From: an uncultured Ignavibacteria bacterium
Lineage (GTDB): Bacteria; Zixibacteria; MSB-5A5; SM1-73
Direction of reading: 5' to 3'
Assembly: GCA_964391755.1 (NCBI GenBank)
Contig: CAYMNI010000001.1
Span: forward strand, 1-53,930
Length of the DNA stretch: 53,930 nt
Shown: positions 1 to 7,940 of the stretch, piece by piece
How positions within the stretch are numbered: position 1 is the stretch's first letter
How the letters are laid out: every line of letters begins with the position of its first letter
Made by a program: the position numbers and the translations under genes
Notes under the pieces: generated by a model
What the model saw: only the letters and a program-made list of their open reading frames with translations
Database searches by the model: none
What the model was told of the DNA's origin: nothing

Positions 1-1198
1 CGTGAACCATCTTCGCGCCGTCTCTGGCGATTCCACCATGCTCGTATTGCTTGCCCACGATGAATCCGGTGATGTTCTGCAGAAAGATCAGCGGGATCTT
101 TCGCATGGTGCACAGGTTCATGAAGTGGGCTGCCTTCAGCGAGCTTTCGGAGAAGAGCACGCCGTTGTTGCCCAGAATGCCGACCGGATAGCCCATTATC
201 CGCGCAAAGCCGGTCACGATGGTAGGACCATACAGCTCCTTGAACTCCTGGAACCTGCTGCCGTCGACCATCCTGGCGATGACCTCGCGGATATCGTACT
301 GTTTTCTCAAATCCCGTGGAACTACCCCGTAGATCTCCGCCGGATCGTAGTATGGATCTTCGGGCTCAGCCAAGTCCAATTCGAACTTCTTGGACGGATC
401 CAGACACTGGACTATGTTCCTGGCGATCTCAAGCGCGTGTCTGTCGTTCAGCGCATAATGATCCGCCACGCCGGAGATTCTGCAATGGACGTCTGCACCT
501 CCCAGATCTTCGTCAGTGACTTCCTCGCCGGTAGCCGCTTTGACCAGCGGTGGGCCTCCGATGAAGATGGTGCCCTGTTTTCTGACTATCACCGCCTCAT
601 CGCTCATGGCCGGAACGTATGCCCCGCCGGCTGTGCAGGAACCCATCACGATGGAGATCTGCGGAATGCCCATTGCGGAAAGACGAGCCTGGTTGTAGAA
701 TATCCTGCCGAAGTGCTCTTTATCCGGGAAAGTTCCGGATTGATAAGGCAGGAAGATTCCGCCGGAGTCGACCAGGTAGATGCAGGGAAGTTTGTTCTCC
801 ATGGCCACTTCCTGCGCCCGCACGTGCTTCTTTATGGTCATGGGGAAATAGGTGCCGCCTTTGACCGTGGCATCGTTGGCCACTACCAGGACTTCCCTGC
901 CGTGCACCACTCCCACTCCGGTGACCATACCTGCCCCGGGAGCCCCGTTTTCATACATATCGTACGCTGCCAACGGAGACAATTCCAGGAAGGGTGTGTT
1001 CTTGTCGAAGAGAATATCTAGTCGTTCCCTCACCAGCAGCTTGCCCCGTTCATGATGCCTGTTGCGATCCTTCTCCGGTCCCCCCAGTTTTATGTTCTTC
1101 AGAATCTCTTTGTACTCGGAAATAAGTCTCTGCATTTCAGCCTTGTTCTGCTGGAATTCAGAGCTCTTGGTGTCTGTTTTACTTTCTATTCGAAACAT
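1..1198 (-). CDS. Acyl-CoA carboxylase carboxyltransferase (beta) subunit, 3-methylcrotonyl-CoA carboxylase MccB/LiuB-like; C-terminus lies beyond the left window edge
   Basis: Absent from the ORF track because it has no stop in the window. My reverse-complement translation from the ATG at ~1198 reads [151 protein letters not shown]...[24 protein letters not shown]...[28 protein letters not shown]. The ANDATVKGG / LVDSGG / GSCTAGGAY carboxyltransferase motifs are arranged as in MCCase beta subunits. The 339-aa plus-strand ORF 2..1021 is its antisense shadow. Confidence 0.85.
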   Translation of the reverse strand, partial: MFRIESKTDTKSSEFQQNKAEMQRLISEYKEILKNIKLGGPEKDRNRHHERGKLLVRERLDILFDKNTPFLELSPLAAYDMYENGAPGAGMVTGVGVVHGREVLVVANDATVKGGTYFPMTIKKHVRAQEVAMENKLPCIYLVDSGGIFLPYQSGTFPDKEHFGRIFYNQARLSAMGIPQISIVMGSCTAGGAYVPAMSDEAVIVRKQGTIFIGGPPLVKAATGEEVTDEDLGGADVHCRISGVADHYALNDRHALEIARNIVQCLDPSKKFELDLAEPEDPYYDPAEIYGVVPRDLRKQYDIREVIARMVDGSRFQEFKELYGPTIVTGFARIMGYPVGILGNNGVLFSESSLKAAHFMNLCTMRKIPLIFLQNITGFIVGKQYEHGGIARDGAKMVH

Positions 1199-1232
1199 GT
1201 CGTTTTGAGCCGTCCGTTTGTGAAAATGCAAC

Positions 1233-1272
1233 TGGCTCGATAACCATACGGTCCCATCCGGGAATCGAGCCA
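1233..1272. other. Inverted repeat (9-bp stem TGGCTCGAT / ATCGAGCCA, ~22-nt loop) in the 96-nt gap between the DUF35 gene and the carboxyltransferase gene
   Basis: Read directly from the sequence. There is no adjacent T-run, so it is more likely an operator or RNA processing hairpin than an intrinsic terminator. Confidence 0.3.
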
Positions 1273-1294
1273 CTACAGTAGTCCATAACCAAAA

Positions 1295-1684
1295 TTACTC
1301 TGGGACAAACTTATATCCGTAGCACAATATCCCGGCTTCGCCATCCTGCTGGATCTTGCGGAATTCCAGCTTCAATTTCATTCCGTTCTTAAGCTCCTCC
1401 AGCTCGCAGTCGGCAATCTGGGCCAGCATCCTGGCTCCATCCTCCAACTCCACTATTCCCATGGGATAGGGTGACTGATCTACGAACTGGCTGGACGCCA
1501 CCCGGATGATGGTCCAACTCAAGAGCTTTCCTTGATCCGAAAGCTTGACGTCTTCGAAGTTCCTGGACTTGCATTCGGCACAGATAAGCCGCGGGGGAAA
1601 ATATATCTTGCCGCAGCCTTTGCATTTCTTGGCTTCCATTCTATAGCGCTGCGGTATCTCTCTCCAGTATCTGGCTGGGAACAT
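1295..1684 (-). CDS. DUF35-family Zn-ribbon/OB-fold protein (scaffold subunit of archaeal-type thiolase/HMG-CoA synthase complex)
   Basis: 129 aa. Four-Cys zinc ribbon KKCKGCGKIYFPPRLICAECKS followed by an OB-fold-like C-terminal half. It sits directly downstream of the thiolase, as in archaeal HMGCS-thiolase-DUF35 clusters. Confidence 0.8.
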   Translation of the reverse strand: MFPARYWREIPQRYRMEAKKCKGCGKIYFPPRLICAECKSRNFEDVKLSDQGKLLSWTIIRVASSQFVDQSPYPMGIVELEDGARMLAQIADCELEELKNGMKLKLEFRKIQQDGEAGILCYGYKFVPE

Positions 1685-1842
1685 CTGGATAACCTCCGTG
1701 TGTCGATCTTTCGTTAGTCGTTGTCGATGCTGGTATCGAAACTCTTATTAGAAACTCGAAGCTTGATTCTCCTGTCCGTTGAAGCTCTCCGCTCTCTACA
1801 TCCGAGCTTCGTTACCGTCGAACGAGTTTCGACCAACCGAAT

Positions 1843-3000
1843 TTACATGGCCTGCATTATGTGCACCACCGCACTTCCACCGCTGCCGCCCATGTTCTGA
1901 GTCAATCCTATCTTGGCATCCTTAACCTGTCTGGCTCCGGCTTCGCCTCTCAACTGGTGGACGATTTCCACCACTTGGGCCACTCCCGTGGCTCCCACCG
2001 GGTGACCTTTGGACTTCAAACCGCCGCTGGCATTGATCGGCTTCTTCCCTCCGACGGCGGTTATCCCGCTCTCGACGGCCTTTCCGCCCTCACCCTTCTT
2101 GAAGAATCCCAAATCTTCGCCGATGATTATCTCCGCTATGGTGAAGCAGTCGTGTACCTCCGCCAGATCGATGTCCTCCGGCTTCACGTTCGCCATCTTG
2201 TATGCCGTCTGTGCAGCCTTAATCGTGGCGTTCAGCGTGGTGAAATCGGAACGGCTGTGCAGTGCAATAGTATCCGTGGCGTTGCCTGTGCCGATGATTT
2301 TGATCGCAGGCTTCCGGGAGAGCTTCTTTGCCATCTCGGCCGGACACAGGATGGCGCAAGCCGCTCCGTCGGTGATGGGGGAACAATCCAATATTGTCAA
2401 AGGGTCGGCTACCATGATCGACTTTATCACCTGCTCCACCGTCACCTTCTGAGGAAATTGGGCCAGAGGATTCTTTGATCCGTTCTCGTGATTTTTGACC
2501 GCCACCTGGGCCAGTTGTTCTCTGGTGGTGCCGTATTTCTCCATGTGACTTCTGGCCATGAGGGCATACAGACCGGGGAAGGTGATGCCGTGGTATACCT
2601 CGTATTCCTGATCCGCCGCTGTGGACAGGGCAAAAGTGGCGCCGTCTCCGCCCACGTCGGTCATCTTCTCCACGCCGCCCACCAGGACGATATCGGACAT
2701 CCCGGAGGCCACGTCCATGAAACCCATCCTCACAGCCAACCCGCCCGAAGCGCAAGCGGATTCCACTCGGGCAGCGGGAATGCCTCCCATCCCTAGGTAA
2801 TCCGATAAAAGGGAGGCTAAGTGCTCCTGTCCCACGAACAGCCCTGAGCTCATGCAGCCCACGTACATGGAATCGATGTGATCCACGCCGGCATCTTCAA
2901 TCGCCAGAAGGGCGCTTTCCACAAAGACGTCTCGCAATGACTTTTTCCACAGCTCCCCCCATTTGTTCATTCCCACGCCTATGATGGCAACGTCTCGCAT
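1843..3000 (-). CDS. Thiolase (acetyl-CoA C-acetyltransferase), archaeal/SCP-x-like type
   Basis: 385 aa. N-terminus [16 protein letters not shown], nucleophile context [15 protein letters not shown]-terminal [14 protein letters not shown] and [13 protein letters not shown] blocks typical of this thiolase class. Confidence 0.9.
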   Translation of the reverse strand: MRDVAIIGVGMNKWGELWKKSLRDVFVESALLAIEDAGVDHIDSMYVGCMSSGLFVGQEHLASLLSDYLGMGGIPAARVESACASGGLAVRMGFMDVASGMSDIVLVGGVEKMTDVGGDGATFALSTAADQEYEVYHGITFPGLYALMARSHMEKYGTTREQLAQVAVKNHENGSKNPLAQFPQKVTVEQVIKSIMVADPLTILDCSPITDGAACAILCPAEMAKKLSRKPAIKIIGTGNATDTIALHSRSDFTTLNATIKAAQTAYKMANVKPEDIDLAEVHDCFTIAEIIIGEDLGFFKKGEGGKAVESGITAVGGKKPINASGGLKSKGHPVGATGVAQVVEIVHQLRGEAGARQVKDAKIGLTQNMGGSGGSAVVHIMQAM

Positions 3001-3070
3001 GTCTTTTTCTCCCTGCCTAATCGATTCTTCGTCAGCTTAAATCTTAATTTGGTATGTAATGGTTCACAAA

Positions 3071-3204
3071 TCCAAAATGTAAAATGAAAAATTCAAAAAT
3101 ACATTTCAAAATTCAAAATCTAATCTCAAGCAAAGTGCAGTCTCTGTTAATTTTAAATTTTAAACTGCAATTTTGCATTTTGACTTTTGAATTTTGAATT
3201 TTCC
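3071..3204. repeat. AT-rich spacer with reiterated TTCAAAA(T) heptamers and a long imperfect inverted repeat (arms ~3104-3142 and ~3164-3204)
   Basis: TTCAAAATTCAAAA (3105-3118) pairs with TTTTGAATTTTGAA (3185-3198). The inner arms GCAAAGTGCAGT / ACTGCAATTTTGC extend the stem. The base composition contrasts sharply with the flanking coding DNA. Confidence 0.7.
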
Positions 3205-3207
3205 AGC

Positions 3208-4254
3208 CTAGGTTCCCATTCTGATCTTGCCTCTGAACTTGGCATAAGTACCGTAGTCGATGTACTTCTTCTTGTTCTCGAGCTGAAATCTGGTCTTGGG
3301 AGCTTTGTCTCTGACCTCGTTGATCCTATCGGTGACCTCGTAAATGAAGCCATCGCTGCCGGCTCCCGAACCGTAGGAGACCATCAGGATTTTGTCCCCC
3401 GGCTTGGCCACGTCCAGAGTAGCCGTCAGGCCCATGGGAGACGATCCGGAGTAGGTATTTCCCAGAGTCGGAGAAAGCCATCCCGGCTCGATCTGCTCCT
3501 TGGTGAATCCGAGCATCTTCCCTACCCGTTGGGGAAACTTGCCATTGGGTTGGTGGAAAATAGCCCAGGCAAAATCTTGAGGCTTCATGCTCGCCTTCTC
3601 CATCAGTCGGGTGGCTGCACCGGTGATGTGTTTGAAATATGCAGGTTCACCGGTAAAACGGCCCGCATGGCGGGGATAGAACTGGTGCTCCCTCCGCCAG
3701 AAGTCGGGAGTGTCGGTCATGAAGGAGTTGGTATGCAGGACCTTGGCTATCAGGTTCTCTTTTCCGAAGATGAAGGAAGCTGCTCCGGCAGCAGCTGAAT
3801 ACTCCAAGGCGTCGCCCGGCGCGCCCTGGGAGGTGTCGGCTCCCACGGCCAGACCGTATTTGATCGATCCCGACTCCACCAAGCCGATGGTTACGAACAT
3901 GGCTTCGCTTCCCGCCTTGCAGGCGAATTCGTAATCCGCGCAGTGTACGTCCGGGGTTGCACCGATGGCCTCTGCCAGAACGGTGCCCGAAGGCTTGACC
4001 GCGTATGGATGCGATTCCGAGCCCACGTAAACCGCTCCGATCTCCTGGGGATCTATCTTGGCCCGCTTCAGCGCATACTTGGTGGCTTCCACCGACATAG
4101 TGATGGTGTCTTGATCCGGGCTGGGCACCGACTTCTCATACAAAAGCAAACCTTTCTTGTATGACGGTGCGTCCGCACCCCACACTTTGGCAATCTCTTC
4201 CACTTTTATCCTGTTTCGGGGAACATAAGCTCCGTAGCCGACTATTCCTACCAT
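3208..4254 (-). CDS. Hydroxymethylglutaryl-CoA synthase, archaeal (short) type
   Basis: 348 aa. [23 protein letters not shown]-terminus, catalytic Cys context [25 protein letters not shown] and [11 protein letters not shown] blocks. First gene of the HMGCS-thiolase-DUF35 order. Confidence 0.9.
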   Translation of the reverse strand: MVGIVGYGAYVPRNRIKVEEIAKVWGADAPSYKKGLLLYEKSVPSPDQDTITMSVEATKYALKRAKIDPQEIGAVYVGSESHPYAVKPSGTVLAEAIGATPDVHCADYEFACKAGSEAMFVTIGLVESGSIKYGLAVGADTSQGAPGDALEYSAAAGAASFIFGKENLIAKVLHTNSFMTDTPDFWRREHQFYPRHAGRFTGEPAYFKHITGAATRLMEKASMKPQDFAWAIFHQPNGKFPQRVGKMLGFTKEQIEPGWLSPTLGNTYSGSSPMGLTATLDVAKPGDKILMVSYGSGAGSDGFIYEVTDRINEVRDKAPKTRFQLENKKKYIDYGTYAKFRGKIRMGT

Positions 4255-4473
4255 ATCCTCCTCGCTTTTTTCAAAGATGGCAACTGGAGAACCTTCTCGT
4301 TCAAAGGTGGGGGCGCTATAAACTCTGCCTTTTCCAGCCTCTGAAGTCTATCATTATATACGCCCGAACGCCCTTTGTCAAGTGAATTCCTTCACAAGGA
4401 ATAGGCACCCGCAGCCAAGATGGGCGATCGTGTCATCGTCTACAGGACACTCTCCCAATACGATCTGAATATG

Positions 4474-5013
4474 TCACATCTTGCTCCTCGAGAGTCTTAG
4501 AAGAAGAGGAGAAAGGATCGAGAAGATAATTAGGTTGGAGGCAAGGTGAAGCAAAGCAAAGGGTATGGCAGCGACCATAACCGGCCAGAACTGCCCCATC
4601 ACAAAAGCTACGGCAAGGTTGGTCAAAAGATCGTAGATTAAGGTCAGGAAGAAACCGAACCCTACAAGGATCAAGGAAAATAGCAGAGAAGGGGCGGATG
4701 CGCTTCGTGTGAGAACCACCGGAGACAGTCTACGTGCCAGCCCCCCGGAGAATCCGACCAAGCCCATAGAGAGAATTTGGGCCGCCGCTATGGGCAGCGG
4801 CGGTATGCCATAAGGAGCAATAAGTGTGGTGTAGATCGACATGGCGATGACCCCCACCGCCAATCCCTCGACCATGCCCAAGAGAAAGCCGGCGGAGAAA
4901 ATGACAAATGTGAGAAGCTCGACGTTGGGAATGGAAAGTATGGGAAGCTTGAGCGCGATGGCCAGAGCGATCAGAACGCCCATCAGGGCAATCTTTCTGG
5001 CAGAGAAGCTCAT
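4474..5013 (-). CDS. Integral membrane protein, ECF-transporter S-component-like (5-6 TM)
   Basis: 179 aa, almost entirely hydrophobic helices (KIALMGVLIALAIALKLP..., VELLTFVIFSAGFLLGMVEGLAVGVIAMSIY...). The start lies 1 nt after the stop of the upstream metalloprotease gene. The family assignment is tentative; no EcfA/EcfT genes are nearby. Confidence 0.45.
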   Translation of the reverse strand: MSFSARKIALMGVLIALAIALKLPILSIPNVELLTFVIFSAGFLLGMVEGLAVGVIAMSIYTTLIAPYGIPPLPIAAAQILSMGLVGFSGGLARRLSPVVLTRSASAPSLLFSLILVGFGFFLTLIYDLLTNLAVAFVMGQFWPVMVAAIPFALLHLASNLIIFSILSPLLLRLSRSKM

Positions 5014-5014
5014 T

Positions 5015-5326
5015 TTATCTGATCACCGCCATCTTCTTCGTCACGGTGGAATTCTTGATCTTCACCTGATATACATATACGCCGGAGGCGACGTATTCCC
5101 CTTCCTGGTTTCTTCCGTCCCAGCCGGGGCACTCACCGGGTTCCGTGTATTCTCCTATGGTCCACTCCTGAGCCCCGCTACCGCGAGGCGGATATTGCCA
5201 CACCAACTCTCCCGAGACGCTGAATAAGTCGATTTCCACTTCGGTCACGGAGGAGAGGATGAACGGGAAGTAGGTTGAATCGTTGGACTCCTCAATCACA
5301 AAGGGGTTGGGAAAATTCTGTCCAAT
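5015..5326 (-). other. T9SS type-A C-terminal sorting domain (CTD) of the metalloprotease
   Basis: IGQNFPNPFVIEES...VEIDLFSVSGELVW...GWDGRNQEGEYVASGVYVYQVKIKNSTVTKKMAVIR. Classical NPF start, W-x-G-x-N...G...SGVY-x-Y core, basic C-terminus. Confidence 0.75.
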
Positions 5327-6883
5327 CCAATTCTCCTGCGGAAACGGCTCATCGCCGTGCAGGGAACTGTCATACACGGCAGAATAAGTAAACGGAAAGT
5401 AGGTATCTCCATCCCTGTCGGCCGCTGCCGCAATCATCACTATTGGGTTATACGAGAACCAGTTGTACACATCCGACTCGGCAGCACCCGTCTGTTTGTT
5501 GACTTTCACAGTAGGATAAACCGGCTCGTGTACGGTATTGTTGAATCCCAAAACCGAAGTCTGAAATTCTCCGCCGGTCGCGGGCGAGAATTCAAGATGC
5601 ACTCCCCCCTGCACCTGCTCCGGATAGAACTCGATATAGTTCGATCCCAGACCGTAAGGGTGATCCGGCCCCGAGGGACTGTAGACCGGGTAATCCAGCG
5701 CAGTGTATGAGTGCTCGATCTCCACCTCTGGAAAAAGATCGCCTTCCGAATAGAACAGATCGGTTCTGGCTCTGCCTCCGGTGAAGTAGTTCCACACGGT
5801 AAACTCCCGGAATGCCTCCTCGAAGCTGACCCCTTTTGACTCCAAGACTACATCAGTCGCAGACTGGCCATCGGGATTGAAAGCATTATCCCCCGGCTCG
5901 TCAGCGCACTCTTCCCAGATGCGCTGAATTATGGTCGTGTCGTTGAACCTCTCCTGAAGGAAGATCGGCCACACGCAACTGCCGTAAGCGTGAAGAGCCT
6001 GTTCCATTATAACGTAATCGAACGTCTTTAAAGACCAGTGAGGCTTAGGGAAGAAGTAAATCAGATAACCCACGTAGTCGTTGACCTGGTCGTATACCAT
6101 ATCCTCCATCCACACCGCAGACATCTCCATCCAATAGGGCTTTAGATTCTCTCCATCGTCCTCGTATTCCGCGCCGTCATAACCCATCTGGATGGCGTGG
6201 AAAAACTCGTGGGCCGCAGTGACCTGCATCCACTGGAGTGGAGTATGCATTGAGCCGACGCCCACGTAATCGTTATCGAGAACTATGTAACTGGTAGCAG
6301 GTCCGGATGACCCGGAGACAAAGAACTCAGGGACAGTATATCCAAGATACTGGGAGGATATGTCAAGCAAATAGACATCATACCTGCCATCACCGCCGTT
6401 GTCTTGCGGGTCGGGATATCCACCGTCGCTGGGAGGCTGACGATAGCTGAGACCGTTGACTTCTCTGTTCCAGACATACACCAGGATGTCTCCGGCAGTG
6501 TCCACCCAGTCGGGATGACCATTGTAGTTCTGGTCAATCAGGGGGTCATGTACGGCGTCGTCCCCCTCGGTTACGTAGTGTATCTTGAAATTGCCGTCGG
6601 GCGTGTCGTAGGTATGCTCCGTGTAGCTGAAGGTCGGTCTGGTGGAGTAAGCTTCCAGTATCTTTTTCGTGGAGTTGGATAGCTTATCCCAGTTGGCCCA
6701 TAGTTCCAGAAATATGGGGGTGGCGCAGACCGGACGCTCGATTTCCTTTGCGGTCTGGCGGGAGAAAACTCCCTCTACTTTGTCGATCAACTGCTGCTCG
6801 TAGGCCTGACTCAATTTCTGCGTCTCCGCCTGAGCTGCCGGGAAGAGAAGTAATATGAATACCAAAGGTAGTAGTTTCTTCAT
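5015..6883 (-). CDS. Secreted HExxH zinc metalloprotease (MXAN_6640-like family, tentative) with T9SS type-A C-terminal sorting domain
   Basis: Track ORF is 5015..6907. I prefer the ATG at 6883 (MKKLLPLVFILLLFPAAQA signal peptide, GGAG about 9 nt upstream). Zinc motif VTAAHEFFHAIQ. C-terminal ~100 aa carry the FPNPF...GWDGRNQEGEYVASGVYVYQVKI...KKMAVIR sorting-domain pattern. Confidence 0.8.
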   Translation of the reverse strand: MKKLLPLVFILLLFPAAQAETQKLSQAYEQQLIDKVEGVFSRQTAKEIERPVCATPIFLELWANWDKLSNSTKKILEAYSTRPTFSYTEHTYDTPDGNFKIHYVTEGDDAVHDPLIDQNYNGHPDWVDTAGDILVYVWNREVNGLSYRQPPSDGGYPDPQDNGGDGRYDVYLLDISSQYLGYTVPEFFVSGSSGPATSYIVLDNDYVGVGSMHTPLQWMQVTAAHEFFHAIQMGYDGAEYEDDGENLKPYWMEMSAVWMEDMVYDQVNDYVGYLIYFFPKPHWSLKTFDYVIMEQALHAYGSCVWPIFLQERFNDTTIIQRIWEECADEPGDNAFNPDGQSATDVVLESKGVSFEEAFREFTVWNYFTGGRARTDLFYSEGDLFPEVEIEHSYTALDYPVYSPSGPDHPYGLGSNYIEFYPEQVQGGVHLEFSPATGGEFQTSVLGFNNTVHEPVYPTVKVNKQTGAAESDVYNWFSYNPIVMIAAAADRDGDTYFPFTYSAVYDSSLHGDEPFPQENWIGQNFPNPFVIEESNDSTYFPFILSSVTEVEIDLFSVSGELVWQYPPRGSGAQEWTIGEYTEPGECPGWDGRNQEGEYVASGVYVYQVKIKNSTVTKKMAVIR

Positions 6884-7101
6884 TTCACGTCTCCAAAATA
6901 ATTGCATGGATATCGTCGGCTATTGCAGCACGCCCGATGTGATTTTACCGCTGTAAGAAGGCATTAGGTAACCCGGAGAGTCCACTTGTTCATTCCAACC
7001 GAAGCGGTGGCAACGATGAGAACCGGACTCCAATCTGAAACGTGATAAGGGCGATCTGAATTTGCGGCTTTTTCTCATCCCCCCTGGATTCACGGATCGG
7101 A

Positions 7102-7935
7102 TCAGTAGTTCTCTTCTTTGACCTTTCGCAGCATGTCCAAACAGGAGTATGGAACCTTGATCGTTCCGATCAGGGTCTTGTCCTTTCTGCGCCCGTGACA
7201 ATCCGAGCCGCCGGTGTAGATTAAACCCAGCTTCCTGGCTTGGTTTATAAGATATCTGGTGGTCTCCCGGTCATGCTTATAATGATAGGCTTCGATTCCG
7301 TCCAGTCCCATGGGCAGGAAGTCGTAGATGGCCTGTTGCGCCGTCCTGTTGGTTCCGGGGTGAGCGAAGACCGCCACTCCCCGCACCAGATGGATGAGTT
7401 CGATTCCCTCCTTGGGAGTCAAGAACTTCTTGGGAACGTATGCCTGAGCGTGATACCCTAAGTACCTGGCGAAGGCCTCTTCATAGGTATGCACGAATTC
7501 TTCCTTGAGCAGAGCGTCAGCCAGATGAGGTCTGCCTACCGAGCCTTTTCCGGCGATGTTCCTTACCGTCTCCATGCTCAGGTCAATTCCCAATTCATTC
7601 AACTTCTCCACCATCTTCTCCCCCCTGATCCTTCGTTCTTCCTGGAAGCTGCTTATCTTCTTTAAGAACTGAGGATTCTCGCAATCGATTAAGTATCCTA
7701 GAAGATGGAAATCCTCCCCCTTGTGGGTGACGGAAAGCTCCACCCCGGGGACCAGCTCGATTTCCAGCTCTTCAGCTTTCTTCTCGGCCGAAAAACATCC
7801 GTCGATGGTGTCGTGATCCGTGATGGAGATGGCCGAAAGCCCCTCTCTGGCGGCTATCTCGACCACCTCCTCCGGGGTGAGCAGCCCATCGGAAGCAGTG
7901 GTGTGTACATGCAGATCTATCAGCTTTTTTTGCAT
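7102..7935 (-). CDS. PHP-domain metal-dependent phosphoesterase (TrpH/YciV, RNase AM-like)
   Basis: 277 aa. IDLHVHTTASDG, ISITDHDTIDG, FAHPG and GGSDCHG metal-ligand blocks of the PHP fold. Confidence 0.85.
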   Translation of the reverse strand: MQKKLIDLHVHTTASDGLLTPEEVVEIAAREGLSAISITDHDTIDGCFSAEKKAEELEIELVPGVELSVTHKGEDFHLLGYLIDCENPQFLKKISSFQEERRIRGEKMVEKLNELGIDLSMETVRNIAGKGSVGRPHLADALLKEEFVHTYEEAFARYLGYHAQAYVPKKFLTPKEGIELIHLVRGVAVFAHPGTNRTAQQAIYDFLPMGLDGIEAYHYKHDRETTRYLINQARKLGLIYTGGSDCHGRRKDKTLIGTIKVPYSCLDMLRKVKEENY

Positions 7936-7940
7936 TCAGT

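Noticed and set aside
2-1021. 339-aa plus-strand ORF at the left edge
   Set aside because: Its sequence looks compositionally odd and matches no family I know. The opposite strand translates into a textbook carboxyltransferase across the same span, so it is an antisense shadow ORF.
3071-3204. Possible CRISPR array or tandem-repeat locus in the AT-rich spacer
   Set aside because: The repeat units are only ~7 nt with no unique spacers, and there are no cas genes. The organisation is an inverted repeat, not a CRISPR array.
3187-3798. 203-aa plus-strand ORF, together with similar long antisense ORFs at 8799..9470, 39246..39905, 43464..44141 and 48065..48577
   Set aside because: Each lies opposite a confidently assigned gene (HMGCS, ftcD, kinase, TBDT, 883-aa protein) and has no recognisable motifs. 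Long antisense ORFs are frequent in this window.
6920-7201. 93-aa minus-strand ORF between the PHP and metalloprotease genes
   Set aside because: It overlaps the 3' end of the PHP gene in another frame and has no motifs or RBS. Probably spurious.
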